A stretch of 62,243 nucleotides of DNA, counting the filler, from Basidiobolus ranarum (taxonomy: Eukaryota): the NCBI GenBank assembly GCA_040143965.1. It is 28 parts of 28 records of this genome, joined end to end, with 100 filler letters (N's around TTAATTAATTAA, not from the genome) between each part and the next. Parts side by side here need not be neighbours in the genome. Positions count along the whole stretch, not along the records: positions 1 to 2,136 come from JASJQH010003729.1; positions 2,237 to 4,372 come from JASJQH010003730.1; positions 4,473 to 6,607 come from JASJQH010003731.1; positions 6,708 to 8,842 come from JASJQH010003732.1; positions 8,943 to 11,075 come from JASJQH010003733.1; positions 11,176 to 13,308 come from JASJQH010003734.1; 22 more parts are not named here. One strand, given 5' to 3'. Under the pieces are notes generated by a model. The model was given only the letters and a program-made list of their open reading frames with translations. It did not search any database and was not told the origin of the DNA. Below, piece after piece: positions 1 through 13,131 of this stretch. Position 1 is the stretch's first letter. Every line of letters starts with the position of its first letter. Made by a program: the position numbers and the translations under genes.

Positions 1-2136
1 CTCAACAATATCAATATGCTTTACCAGCAAACTAATGGTGGAAAAATTGCTAAACATCTGAAATTTTGAATAGCACTGACACTTGGCAAATAGCTGACTC
101 TTGTTACCATTGACAATGAGAATAAGCTCTTGGATTATGGCAAATATCTGTCAAGAATTCAGCCTATATATCCCCAACTTGCGGTCAACAAATGTCCTGC
201 CACAAGTAGATGTGTCATTGCTTGAATAGATTACCCCATGGCTAAAATGATGATACTGTGTATCTTGATATATCTCATCAAGAAGTCTGTCTTAGAGCTT
301 TCCTAAAAATACCATCAGATCATCACACAAGCAAGTTAGTCTGATTATAGAGGTACCTACTCTGTGTCCATGGATTGGGCTTTGTTGCTGTTATTGTGCT
401 CAAACAATGCAAAAACCAGTGAGCACATTGAAAAGAGGCCTTTGTTGGCAGATTAATATATTCTGGAGTATCCTTAACCCATTCCATTACATCAATCACT
501 GATTTTGCTGATACATTGTCAATCAGATTAGCATATGGGACTTGTTCTCTGTGCTAGTGCCAGATTGTGCTGTATATATCATATTGGATAGAGTATTCTA
601 AAATTTATGCAGCACAATTTGGCACTATCCATCACCCTCTGGCATGATCAATTTCAATCACATTTACTCTAATATATTGATCCAAGGTCTGATAAATCCT
701 GGCACAATGGAACAAGTCCATGGTAATACTGACAATTTCACATGGAGCATCATTTCACCACAGGTCTGCTCCATTGGGAACTCCCAGAAAATATAGCAAG
801 GCCCTATAATCTCTTAGCATTGTGAAAGAAGCAGCAGTGAATGTATTGAATACCAGCATAGATTCAGTCTATTTTCTTTAAACCTGTAAACAAGTCTTTC
901 ATTTCAAATTACAAAATCTTTGCACAGTTGCTGAATCTGCGTGAGATCTGCCAATGTGAGTTGATGCCATAAGAATATATTAACTATATCCACAAACAAC
1001 TCCCAAGGTTGCCAATACTTATCAGGCAGAAATCTTTTCAAAATCTCATTTGAATATATACAAATTCAATACTTCCAGTCTTTGCATTTGAATAAACACC
1101 TAGATGAGTGGATATTGATGGGAGTCCTGGTAAAATATGATGGTATCTTGATATATTCAGGCATTTTCCCAATTGATTCAAACTTTGATCCAATCTCAAA
1201 TGGCTCATTCATATTGAATTTTCCACTATATAGCTGAGTAAGTAGTACTGGAATGTTGTTGAATAGTAAGTGCATAGTGCCTAATGGGATTCTCTGGCTC
1301 CAGCTGATCCCCTTTAGCAATATAATCTTATGCCTACAGCTAATACCAAGTTTGATGTTAGACTGACTATTTGGTGAATTGATATCAGTGATCATATTGA
1401 AATCTGACTAGGCTCTTGATGGTAAAATCATGAAGTTTAGTGTTGTATTTTGATATCAATAATGTGTATGCCTGTTAGAGTAAACTCCATTGATTTGACA
1501 AAATCTACAGCAATATAGGGCATTGTGCCCATGAAAACCTCCAAGTTTATTGATGGCAGGAGTGTCACCAATACATACAAAAATATTAGCTTTAATTAAA
1601 TATTCCCTCATCTGAGCCCCTTTAGATAACCATTCAAATTCCGCAATAAAAGGTTCCAAGAAGCTATCTGCAAGTACTGGTGATTTAGGTCCAAATATGA
1701 TGGATAGTATCAAAATATTATGACTTTTATACCATTCAGAAGGAGGAAAATTCAAGTTGATTAAAATTATTAGCCAGCAAGCCTTTCCAACAATATATTT
1801 GTTTAGTGAGAAACCATCCATAGACAATGCAAATGCTTGATCATACATGTTCTCAAAGAAACCTTGACTTTTCAGATTCTGGTAGTAATATCCATCAAGT
1901 ATATTGGTAATACCATCAGCTCTATGGTGAGTACTTTGGTATTGGATCAATGATCTATATTTGGGTGATTTCATCAAAACTTTAAGATGGGGAATCAACA
2001 GTATGTAAGCCAAATATGAACAATATTTACCTGATTCAGTGATTGCCAATTGTGTGCAAACAGTACATGACTTCAGGTTTTTCAGATCACTGGTGAAAGC
2101 CAAACAACCATTTGGACATGAAGGCAGTTTAATTAC
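1..2136 (-). mobile_element. Degenerate CACTA/EnSpm (CMC)-type transposase
   Basis: ORFs 1456-2103 and 1066-1395 carry Transposase_21-like motifs (LSMDGF, INLNFPP, GPKSP...DSFLEP, IGDTPAINKLGGFHGHNALYCCRFC, MHLLFNNI, KCKDW). Stops and frameshifts are present, and there are many paralogous copies in the window. Confidence 0.85.
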
Positions 2137-2236
2137 NNNNNNNNNNNNNNNNNNNNNNNNNNNNNNNNNNNNNNNNNNNNTTAATTAATTAANNNNNNNN
2201 NNNNNNNNNNNNNNNNNNNNNNNNNNNNNNNNNNNN
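2137..2236. other. Artificial contig-joining spacer (first of 27; 44N + TTAATTAATTAA + 44N)
   Basis: The identical 100-nt spacer with six-frame stops recurs about every 2.2 kb. Flanking contig lengths decrease monotonically from 2136 to 2117 nt. Confidence 0.99.
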
Positions 2237-2513
2237 TCAGTGAATCAAGTCCCAAAATTGCACTCACCTCAGGAACCAGCCTCAATACTATGCCTATATT
2301 GCTAGGGAGCCTTAACCTAATCTGTCAATGCATGGTACTTTGGCATATCAGCTATACAAGCAACTGATTAGCCTTACACTTTGCATTCAGATGCTGCCAT
2401 CATACTCCATATTTTCTCTTTGGGAATTACTGCTTGTACCACAAGTCACTAGACTTTCAACTTTGCCCCTCAAGCAGGATATCCAGATTTAGCACTAACC
2501 AGGGCTCATAACC
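2237..2513 (-). mobile_element. Copia family B primer-binding site and 5' internal region
   Basis: PBS GGTTATGAGCCC on the minus strand (2502-2513). The adjoining sequence matches 42509-42581, and 2288-2460 recurs at 2973-3147. Confidence 0.7.
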
Positions 2514-2539
2514 TCTAGAAATTATTTAGGGAGAAATAT

Positions 2540-2612
2540 TAGTCTAGCCAGGATTTGAACCTGGGACCTCCTTCACTCTAGCAAGGTGCTCTAACCACTG
2601 AGCTACCAGTCC
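2540..2612 (-). pseudogene. tRNA-derived element (tRNA pseudogene or SINE head)
   Basis: Minus strand reads GGACTGGTAGCTCAGTGGTTAGAGCACCTTGCTAGAGTGAAGGAGGTCCCAGGTTCAAATCCTGGCTAGACT. It has an A box, a B box and a perfect T-arm (CCAGG/CCTGG), with mismatches in the acceptor and anticodon stems. Confidence 0.8.
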
Positions 2613-2616
2613 TTGT

Positions 2617-2964
2617 TGTTAAAGTATTTGGGAGCCTGTTGGAAGTGGTTTGGAGAATTAGAGGAATTGGTGGTTTTCACTTATTGATTTTTTGAGTAGA
2701 AAGGTGACACTTAAAGTTTTGTCAAGATGTAAACAAACTAACATATAGAATATGTTAAGGAAGGTCCTAGGAACATGTGTGCAAAGTTTGGGGCTTCTAG
2801 CACAAGTTTGAAAATTCTATCTATATGAGAACTTCTAAGTTGGTAAAAATATTCCAAGTAAATTCCAATTTAGAATAATTGATAATATCTTAGTGAATTA
2901 TAAGACAACTAAGTACTAATCCATATATGAATATATAGGTGTTTAGGCAATGCTAATTTCAACA
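2617..2964 (-). repeat. Copia family A LTR (~348 bp), probable solo LTR
   Basis: TGTTGAAATTAGC...TACTTTAACA termini. The flanks CTTGT/CTTAT resemble a 5-bp TSD with one mismatch. Confidence 0.9.
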
Positions 2965-3148
2965 CTTATATGCTATGCCTATATTGCTAGGGAGCTTTAA
3001 CCTAGTCTTGCAATGTATGGTACTTTGGCATATCAGCTATACAAGCAACTAATTGGCCTTAGACTTTGTGTTCAGATGCAGGCACCATACCCCATATTTT
3101 CCTCTTTGGCAATTACTGCTTGTACCACAAGTCACCAGGCTTTGAACA

Positions 3149-4372
3149 GGATCCACCCTTTAGGATTGCAAAACAATCAAAGAACTGTCACAATATGTGT
3201 TGCTTACATTATGCAAGTAATTATGATGGTAAGACTGTGGCTTCTTGACTGTATTCTGATGGCATTCATACATAGTAAAATATTGATCCTCTAGTATAGT
3301 ATGTGCTATTCAATTTCCAACAATGTTTGCAAAAAACTAATTTTCAAATGGCAAATAACTGGGTTTACTGCTATAGGATATTAAATTAATATACATGCCT
3401 TTATTGAAGTATTTTAGGCCTTGTATTCCGGCTATAATGAGAATCAAAAAATACATGAATCCTGTTGCGTTTAGTCTCTACATATGCACATACTTGAACA
3501 ATCAGACATAACTTGACAACATCAATATGTTTTACCAGCAAACTAATATTGGAAAAATTGCCAAACATCTGAAATTTTGAAAAGCACTGACACTTGGCAA
3601 ATAGCTGACTCTTATTACCACTCACAATGAGAATGAGCTTGTTGATTTTGGCAAATTTCCATAGAGAAATTAGCAGAAATATCCACAACTTGCAGTCAAC
3701 AAATGTCCTGCAACAAGTGTATGTGTCATAACCCATCACATTATGTCCATCACTTATCTTGCAAATGAATTATTAATGAGATTAGCATATGGTAATACTG
3801 ACTATTACACACAGTGCATCATTTAGCCACAGGTGCACTGCATTGGGAACTCCCTGAATTTATAGCAAGGGCCTATAGTCTCAATGCATTGTGAAAGATG
3901 CAGCTGGGAATGTATTGAATAATGGCTTATATTTGGTCTATCTTCTTTAAATCTGTAATAAAGCTTTTCACATCCAGTTGCAAAATATCTGCCCAGTCAC
4001 TCTATATACCTGAGATCTGCTATTATGAGTTGATGCTATGAGAATATATTAACAATGTCCACAAACAACTCTCAAAGTGCCAATGTTAATCAGGCAGAAA
4101 TCTTTTCAAGATTCCACATGAATATGTACAAATCCAATACTTTCAGTCTTTGCACTTGAATAAATGCTTAGATGAGTGGATATTGATGGGAGTCCTGGTA
4201 AAATATGATGGTATCTTGACGTTTTCAAGCATTTTCCCAATCGATTCAAGCTTTGATCCTATCTCAAATGGCTCATTCATATTGAATTTTCCACTATATA
4301 GCTGAGTAAGTAGTATTGGAATGTTGTTGAATAGTAAGTGCATGGTGCCTAATGGGAAGCTCTGGCTCCAGC
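3149..4372 (-). mobile_element. CACTA-type element: subterminal region and degenerate transposase 3' half with an internal deletion
   Basis: ORFs 3401-3739 and 4143-4343 match the other transposase copies. The GGATCCACCC subterminal motif is present. Confidence 0.8.
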
Positions 4373-4472
4373 NNNNNNNNNNNNNNNNNNNNNNNNNNNN
4401 NNNNNNNNNNNNNNNNTTAATTAATTAANNNNNNNNNNNNNNNNNNNNNNNNNNNNNNNNNNNNNNNNNNNN

Positions 4473-5946
4473 TTCTGGATACTTGCACTGCATTTTTCCC
4501 TTCATACTTTTGAAAATACTCCTCAAGCACTTTGACTATTTTTGTACATCCTTGTAGTGTGACACTACTGCGGGTGCTTTGTGATGGTTGTGTGGCTTTT
4601 TGCTTGCCTTTAACTTTGGGGCAAATTTCAACACTTTGAAAAGTACCAGTTGAGGTTGGAGAGCCATGAGTTTTATTTGCTGGTGTTTTGGCTTGTTGAG
4701 AGGTACCACGTGCTGGATAAACTTCCAAATTTAGTACTCTTCCAACTGGTATACCTGATTCCATGGTGAAATTAAGCTTTTTTGCCAGTATATCTGACTC
4801 TGGAATTGCAGATCTTTGTAATGGTGTGAGGAATTTGGTAAGTGGGACAGTAGAGCCAAGACTCACTGGCTTTTTTGTTTTCCCTTGGGTTTACTAACTT
4901 CCTGCTCCTTCAGTACTTCTTTAGCTGCTTTTCTTTCTTTTCAAAGTCAATAATTGTGTACATTTTTGAGATGTTTCATGAATAGGCCTATACTAGCCCA
5001 ATTGCCATCTGCTTGCAAAAACCCAGGATAAGCCACATGAAATAAGTCAAGAATCTTGACAGTAATGCATGGTTTTTGGTTCTTCCACAATTGACTCAAA
5101 TCCAGGTGATTTTGGGCAAGATTCGGCACAGTTTCCAAAATGTTGACCACTCATCATCAGAGCTAGTGAAGGCAGCTCTGACATTCAGAGTCTTTTGGTT
5201 TGCCAGTTTTCCTATGAGATTTCTACTTTCATGTGCCCAAGCAATCTTGGGTTGTTGTGTAGGCTTAATGGTCCAACACATATTCTGCTCTGCTAGATTG
5301 TCACAGTGACATTCATATGTATGGTGTGGGATTGATTGAAATCCTGTACAAGAATGGACAGAGGGAGCAGCATGTTGCTGTAGCTCAAATACAGCATACT
5401 GAAGGTCTTGTATCATTGTTGAGTGACTCTCTAACTGTTGACTAGTTGCTTCCAAATGCTGCATTAATTGCAATAATGTGGTGTTAGTGCTTGTCATGGC
5501 CTGTATAGCAACTTTATAGTTTATACTAATGATAGCATACAAATCATTACAGTGTTCTGCCTGCTATTCCCTTTTTGTAATATTTCTATCCAAATTTTCT
5601 ACAGAGGGTTGTTCAATCATAGGCAAAGGGGCCATTTTGGAAGTTGATGGTCTTGACAGTGTTTTGGTTGCACTTTGCTCAACTATTGATTTACAACATA
5701 ATTGGGGGATTACAATCTCTTGACTTGCACTATTGCTGGAAAGGAACACATCTGGTGAATTGATGAATGCTTCATCATTACTTGAGTTAGTTTCCAGCAT
5801 GTTAATGCCTTCCAAAGTGGATAGGGATTGCTAGACTGCTCATCAATTAAGTCCTCTGTTCTTGCTGGTTTTTTTCCCTTTGTGCCAGCAGGCTTTGGCT
5901 TCAAAGCCAACTTTGACTTACATTTCCAATGCTTTTTGAATGGCAT
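4473..5946 (-). mobile_element. CACTA-type element second (accessory) ORF, degenerate
   Basis: Fragmented ORFs 4417-5946 include a coiled-coil-like segment and FLQADGNWASIGLFMKHLKN. Homologous copies occur at 9040-9920, 20870-21155 and 53475-54830. Confidence 0.7.
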
Positions 5947-6149
5947 TTATATTTTCAGATGTTAAGCTTGGTGTAATGAAACTGCTTAGTAATGGCTTAA
6001 AAAAACCAAAATTGCCCTCGATTACTGAAAATATCTTGTAAATCCCCTGATGACTCATCTGTGACACCATCTCAGAATCAGCTGATGATTTTGATGGGCT
6101 ATACTTAAAATGCCTCCCTTTTGTGGGAGGTGTTCTCTTTCTACAATAT

Positions 6150-6607
6150 CCTTCTCATGCCACAACACAAACGTTTAAAGAAGCTCTGCTATTAATCTTG
6201 CAAATTCTTGTGCTATGAAAGCTAGAAGCTTCATAGAAAAGATAATCACAAGCATAGTCACTGTACAAAGCCACCAGCTGCACAAAGCTTGGTGTATAAC
6301 CGCAGTAACAAGTGTACTAAATGGACTTTAGTTTTGCCCATTGGATCCATGACTGTAGTTTGCCTCAAAGTTTTAGTAACACTGCCAAAAGTCAAGATAC
6401 CATGGCATTACCACAGTTATATGACCAGAATGATGTAGGTCAAAATGCCACTTTGGTCAAACCAGTAAGTCCAGACAACTTTGAGGACTTGCTGCTAGAT
6501 GTTGACCTTGGTTATTCCAGTACCAATGGTAGTATATCAGTAGTTGAAGAAGAAGACAACAGTTTTGTTATGGACTATTTGTTAATGGCAAACATTAGTC
6601 CACACTT
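6150..6607 (+). mobile_element. CACTA-type transposase 5' region, divergent from ORF2
   Basis: Reverse-complement match to 25830-26270, which lies directly upstream of the transposase core in contig 12. Confidence 0.7.
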
Positions 6608-6707
6608 NNNNNNNNNNNNNNNNNNNNNNNNNNNNNNNNNNNNNNNNNNNNTTAATTAATTAANNNNNNNNNNNNNNNNNNNNNNNNNNNNNNNNNNNNN
6701 NNNNNNN

Positions 6708-7285
6708 TAAGTAAATTCCGATTGAGAATAATTGATAATATCTTAGTGAATTATAAGATAACTAAGTACTAAGCTATATATGACTATATAGGTGTTTAGG
6801 CAATGCTAATTTCAACAAGTACTACACTATATATAACTATATAGGTGCTTAGGCAATGCCAATTTCAGCACTTTCTCAAGTAAACAGTCATATAAACTAA
6901 TGCTAGGGAATGTCTAGGTCTCTCAAATCTATGTCTAGCTAATGGTTAGGTTAACATATCATCAATCATGTCTTCTGTAGAACAATAAGTCAAGTCAATA
7001 AAGTTATTATCAATAGTCTCTCTAATGAAATGAAGTCTAATATCTAAATCTTTGCATCTATTATCAAATGTGGGACTTCTAGCTAATTTGATACAACTCT
7101 GATTATCTCAAAATATTGTAGTTGGAGAATTTCAAAAATAGCCTTAATCTGTTAAGAGTTTTCTTAACCCTATAGCCCCTTTTGTTGCTTCACAGGCAGC
7201 CATGTGTCCTGCTTCTGTTGTTGAAAGTGCAATAGTGGGTTGTTTCTTAGAATTTCAAGAAATCACTCAATGACAGCAAAGAAAT
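6708..7285 (-). mobile_element. Copia A LTR fragments (two stacked 5' ends) plus RNase H relic
   Basis: LTR ends at 6817 and ~6870, followed by degenerate RNase H sequence. Confidence 0.8.
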
Positions 7286-8842
7286 TGTTAAAGTATTTGG
7301 GAGCCTGTTGGAGGTGGTTGGGAGATTTAGAGGATTGGTGGTCTTCAATTATTGATTTATTGAGTATTCAGGTGACATTTATAGTTTTGTCACGATGTGA
7401 ACAAATAAACATGTAGAATGTGTTAAGGAAGGTCCTAGGAACAGGTGTGCTAAGTTTGGGGCTGCTAGCACAAGTTTGAAAATTCTACATATCTGAGAAC
7501 TTCTAAGTTAGCAAAAATATTCTATGTAAGTTCCAATTGAGAATAATGGATAATTTCTTAGCAAAGTATAAGATAACTAAGTACCAAGCTATATATGATT
7601 ATGTTCATGCTTAGGCAAAGCTAATTTCAACACTCTCCCTCAACTAAATAGTCATATAAACTAATCCTAATAAAGGTCTAAATTTCTCAAATTTCTGTCT
7701 AGCTCATGGTTTGGTTAATATATCAGCAATCATGTCTTCTGTAGAGCAATAAGTTGAGTGAATAAACTTACTCTCTATAGTTTCTCTAATGAAGTGATGC
7801 TTAATATCTATATGCTTGCTTCTATTATAAAACATGGGATTTTTAGCTAATTTGATACAACTTTGATTATCTTGAATTATTGTTGTTGGTGAATTTTGAG
7901 AATAACCCAAATCTGTTAAGAGTTTTCTTAACCATAATGCTTCTTTTGTTGCTTCACAGGCAGCTATGTGCTCAGCTTCTGTTGTTGAAAGTGTAATGGT
8001 AGGTTGTTTCTTTGTATTCCAAGAACTAGCTCAATTGCACCAAAGAAATAAGTATCCTGTTGTAGATCTCCTGTCTTCAATATCTCTTCCCCAATGTGTA
8101 TCTGAATATCCTATCAGATCAACGTATGATCTGGAATATGTGTATTTTAAGCATAGATCAACAGTACCTTTCAAGTATCTGAAAATCTGCTTAACTTCAA
8201 TGATTTAATCAAATCCATAATTTTGATGATATTGGCACATAACTCCTGCAGAATATGCAATATCTGGCCATGTTTCAACCATGATATACATCAGACTACC
8301 AACCATAGACTGATAAGGAAATTTCTGGCTTTCATTTGAATCCAAAAATGTCTGATTTGAGCCATTTTTAGTCAAGTTAAGATTTATCTCCATTGGGGTA
8401 GATACTGGATTACATTCTTCCATTTTAAACTTCTTTAGTATATCTAGGATATACTCAGACTGGTTTAAAGTTATTGTCTTGGTAGTTCTATCTATCTTAA
8501 TTTGGATTCCAAAATAGTACATCAGTTCACTAAGATCAGTCATTTTGAATTTGGCATATAAGCTAGATTTGGTTTTCTGCAAAGTCTTCAAGTCATTGGT
8601 TGCTACAATAAGTTCATCTACATATAAGGCTAATAAAACTGGGTTTGTCTTATGTGGCCTGAAGTAGACACTATAGTCAGCATTACTCTTTTGGAATTTG
8701 AGTGTTTCCAAAAAGCATCTATCTTGCTATTCCAGGCCCTTAGAGATTGTTTTAAGCCATAGAGTGTTTTCTGGAGTCTGCAAGCTTTTTTAGGGTCTTC
8801 TGGGTCCACAAGTCGATCTGGCTGGTTCATATAGATCTCCTC
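7286..8842 (-). mobile_element. Copia A 3' end: RT-RNase H (degenerate), PPT, 3' LTR 7286-7632
   Basis: Motifs LQKTLYGLKQ, LALYVDELIV, YQSMVGSLMY and RSKHIDIKHHFIRE...ADILTKP. PPT GAGGGAGAG abuts the LTR. Confidence 0.93.
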
Positions 8843-9039
8843 NNNNNNNNNNNNNNNNNNNNNNNNNNNNNNNNNNNNNNNNNNNNTTAATTAATTAANN
8901 NNNNNNNNNNNNNNNNNNNNNNNNNNNNNNNNNNNNNNNNNNTTGAGTGCTAAATAATCAGAATATGAATAAGCTAACTACTAAATAATGAGTCGCTATT
9001 TACCTAATTTCAACAATAAAAAGCATGCAAAACGTTAAT

Positions 9040-11075
9040 CAACATGAGCTTCCAAGCAAAAGCCAGCTGGCACAAAAGGAAAAAAATCAGCAGCAACAGA
9101 AAACCTAATAGATGAGCTGTCTGAAGATCCACTATCCTTTTTGGAAGGTGTTAACGTGCCAGAAACTAACTCAAGTAAAGATGAAGCATTAATCAATTTA
9201 CCAGATTTTCCTTTCCAGCAATAGTGCAAGTTGGAGATTGTACTGCCCTAATTGCATAGTAAGTCAACTGTTGAGCAAAGTTTAAGAGAAATGCTGTCAA
9301 GTCCATCAACTTCCAAACTGGCAACTTTGCTCACTATTGAACAACCCTCTGTAGAAAATTTAGATAGAATTATTACTACAAGGGAATTGCAGGCAGAACA
9401 CTGTAATGCTTTGTATGCAATCATAAGTGAAAACTTGAAAGTTGCTATACAGGCCATGAGAAGCAATAACACCACCATATTGCAATAAATGCAGCATTTG
9501 GAAGCAATTAGTCAACAGTTATAGAGTCAATCAACAATGATACAAGAACTTCTTAAAGCTGTACTTGAGCTACAGCAACATGCTGCTCCCTCCATCCATT
9601 CTGATATGGAATTTCAATCATTTGTACACCATACATACGAACATCACCATGACAAAATAGCAGAGTGGAATATGTGTTGGACCATCAAGCCTACACAACA
9701 ACCCATATTTCTTGGCACATGAAAGTAGAAATCTTATAGGAAAACCGGCAAACCGTAAGACTCTAAATGTCAGAGCTGCCATCATTTGCTCTGATTATGA
9801 GTGGTTTAACATTTTGGAAACTGCGCAGAATCTTGCCCAAAAGTACCTGGATATGAGCTAATTGTGGAAAAACCAAAGACCAGGCGTCACTTTGAAGGTC
9901 TTAACTTATTTGATGTGGTTTAGGCATATTAAACCTTTAAGAAAGTCTTACATATCCAGTTACAGAATCTTTGCACAGTTGCTGTATCCACCTGAGATCT
10001 GCCAACATAAGTTGATGCCGTAAGAATGTATTAACAACATCAACTAACAACTGCCAATGTTGACAATACTTATCAGGCAGAAATCTTTCCAAGATTTCAC
10101 TTGAATATATACAAATCCAATACTTCCAGTCTTTGCATTTGAACAAAAGCCTAGATGAGTGGATATTGATGGGAGTCATGGTAAAATATGGTGGTATCTT
10201 GATGTATTCAAGTATTTTCCCAACTGATTTAAACTTTGTTCCTATCTCAAATGGCTCATTCATATTGAAATTTCCACTATATAGCTGAGTAGTAGTATTG
10301 GAATGTTGTTGAATAGTAAGTCCTTACATCCTAATGGGTAGCTCTGGCTCCTGCTGATCCTCTTTAGCAATATAATCTTAGGCTTATGGCTGATACCAAG
10401 TTTGATTTTAGACTGACTATTTGGTGATTTGATATCAGTAATCATGTTCAAATCTGACATGGCTCTTGATGGTGAAGTCATGGAGCTTAGTGTTGTATTT
10501 GGATAGTGGTAATGTGCAAGCCTGATAGAGTAAACTCCATTGATTTGACTAAATCTACAGCTAGACAGTGCATTGTGCCCACAAGAACCTCCAAGTTTAC
10601 TGATGGTAGGAGTGTCACCAATACATAAAATAATATTAGCTTTAATAAAATGTGCACCCATCTGAACCCCATTAGTTGACAATTCAAGTTCCACAACACA
10701 GGCTCCAAGAAGCTATCTATAAGGACTGGTGATTTAGGTCCAGATATGATGAATAGTAGCAAAACATTATGACTCTTACACCATTCAGCAGGAGGAAGAT
10801 TTAAGTTGATTAAAATAATTGGCCAACAAGCCTTTCCAACTGTTTATTTGTTTAGTGAGAAACCATCCAGAGCCAATGCAAATGCATGATCATACATGTT
10901 CTCAAAGTAACATTGGCTTTTCAGATTCTGGTAGTGATATGCATCATATATATTGGTAATACCATCAGCTTTCAGTGAGTACTTTGGGATTAGATCAATG
11001 ATCTGAATCTGAATAATTTCATCAAAACTTTGTGTCAGGGAATCAGCAGTATGTAAGTCAAATATGTACACTATT
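9040..11075. mobile_element. Rearranged CACTA-type debris: ORF2 on + (9040-9920) and transposase on - (9930-11075)
   Basis: Both parts are homologous to copies in contigs 1 and 3. A short Copia gag piece (8943-9020) matching 55380-55455 precedes them. Confidence 0.8.
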
Positions 11076-11175
11076 NNNNNNNNNNNNNNNNNNNNNNNNN
11101 NNNNNNNNNNNNNNNNNNNTTAATTAATTAANNNNNNNNNNNNNNNNNNNNNNNNNNNNNNNNNNNNNNNNNNNN

Positions 11176-11556
11176 GACAGGTTCAACTTGATAAGGAATG
11201 ACTGTCAACTCATAGGCACCCTTGGGCTTGTTCAGCTTATCAACCAACTTGACATCAACGCCGTATTGGAAATCAGCACCAATGACTTGAAACTTGGAGA
11301 CACCATTCAAATAGTCCAAGTTATCGTAAGTTCCTGAGGCTAATTCATCATATTTGCCTGGGACAGGAGTGTCAATCTCATTGTGCTCCCAGATATTCAA
11401 TCTAACTGAAGCACCAACAATCACTGAGCGAAATTTGTCATTATAGGCATCTCCGTAGTTGAAGCGGACGGTTTGGCCTTTCTCGTAGGTTTCAGTCTTG
11501 CTGCCTTGCATATTTAGCTCATAAGCGAACTTGACTTTATTTGATTCTACGGACAT
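11176..11556 (-). CDS. DdCAD-1-like calcium-dependent cell adhesion protein (beta/gamma-crystallin N-domain plus start of Ig-like C-domain), 3'-truncated by contig end
   Basis: [10 protein letters not shown]...[19 protein letters not shown]...[15 protein letters not shown]...NGVSKFQV...VDVK...PYQV follows the Dictyostelium CadA sequence as I recall it, almost colinearly. No signal peptide. Confidence 0.88.
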
Positions 11557-11571
11557 GGTGCGGTAAATGAG

Positions 11572-11632
11572 CTAGATGGGAAGAGTAATTAGTACTAAAT
11601 GCAAACTTCAGCATATAAAAGAGTACTCTTAC
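11572..11632 (-). other. Predicted 5'-UTR spliceosomal intron of CAD-like copy 1
   Basis: GTAAGA...TACTAAT...CTAG, 61 nt, ending 15 nt before the ATG. Conserved in copy 2. Confidence 0.7.
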
Positions 11633-13017
11633 CTAACTGTGATTCTTGTCTTTTCAAATTGTTGTTGAATCCTCTTATATTTATACTTTCGTCGTAGAGT
11701 TTGAAAGCCGATATTTACTTAGTGCTTCAATATAGTTCTGACGATCTTACCATATATGCTACTGCATATACCGGATTTGTATCATGCTTCATGATACGAG
11801 AAATCACTACTAACTTGATTCAAGCCTTCTTTGCAACTAGTACGCCAACATACAACACGACAATGTTGTACCATTACATATATTTGCAACAGTGAATCTC
11901 GCGGTGGCTTAGAATACAACTGCTCAGCACTAATCAAGGTTCTATGTATAACATGAGTTACTACTAACCAGTCAACCATAGACAACGCAAATTTTGTAAT
12001 TTCAAGAGCATTAGTACTACCACTAGTATCGGTATGCCTATAAATTTGGAACTTATAGTAAACGTGTTTTATTAAATACTAGAGCTTATTGTGTTCTTTT
12101 TAATTGGTGGCTTAGTAGTCAAGAGCCGCATTCCCATCCCGATTTTGGAACATAGTTTCCGATCAACGTACTGTAGTACGTAAGTGGTTTGTCAGGATTT
12201 ATTTAAAATAACACGTTATTGGCGAATCAATGATTATATAGTGAATTTCATCAAAAGTCTGAAAATTTAGTATACTTTTGTGGTTTAATTGATCAGAAAT
12301 GCTACTAAATGCGATAAATCTGCGAAAGTGAATAGGAACTCCTTGCTTCCAGTTGATATACCAGTATCAATAATAAGAGTACGAATTGATTCCTTACCAT
12401 CATTCCTTTTTAGCAACCTCTTGCTTTCAGCTGCTTCACCAGTGTCATTTAATGTAATGCGAAACGGATTTATCCTTCTCAGTAGCACTGACTCTGGCGA
12501 TAGCTGAAGTAGATGAAAGAACGATAAGTGATTTGATTGAAGAGAGGCTTATTTGCCACTTCGATTTCAATAGATTAAGAGGTCTATGCCGGTTAATATA
12601 AGAAATCTTTTACCTGTAAACTAGGTCTTCTGTATCAAAAACCAACTACAAATATCATATTGGTAGGTAAACCAATTTTAAATAGTAGTACCAAGGTTCT
12701 TTGCATTACATAGTACTCATTACACATCATTAACTGGTTAGTTACAGCTTTTGTTACACACCAGATCATGATTTGTGCTAACTAGTTGTATTCTAAGCCA
12801 CCACTAAATAAACCGCTGTAATATACCTAGTAGATAACGATATAGTACTCCATTACGCCAACATTGGCGTACTATCTACAAAGAACACTTGAGCTAACTT
12901 AGGAGTGGTTTCTTGTATCATGAACCACAGCACAAATTCGATATATGTGGTAGTATATATGGTAAGATCGTCAGAACTATATTGAATCATTAAGCAAATA
13001 TCGACTTCCAACGAAAG

Positions 13018-13131
13018 TATAAATCTAAGAGGATTCAGCTACAATTTGAAAGAACAAGAATCACTGTTAGGTAAGAGTACTCCTTTATGTACTGAAGTTT
13101 GTATTTAGTACTAATTACTCTTCCCATCTAG
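13018..13131 (+). promoter_or_regulatory. TATA box (13018-13024) and 5'-UTR intron (13071-13131) of CAD-like copy 2
   Basis: TATAAAT is followed by a 61-nt GTAAGA...TACTAAT...CTAG intron. The arrangement is mirrored upstream of copy 1. Confidence 0.7.

Noticed and set aside
12285-12507. Short ORFs in the spacer between the CAD-like genes
   Set aside because: Non-ATG starts, overlap on both strands, and no recognisable motif.
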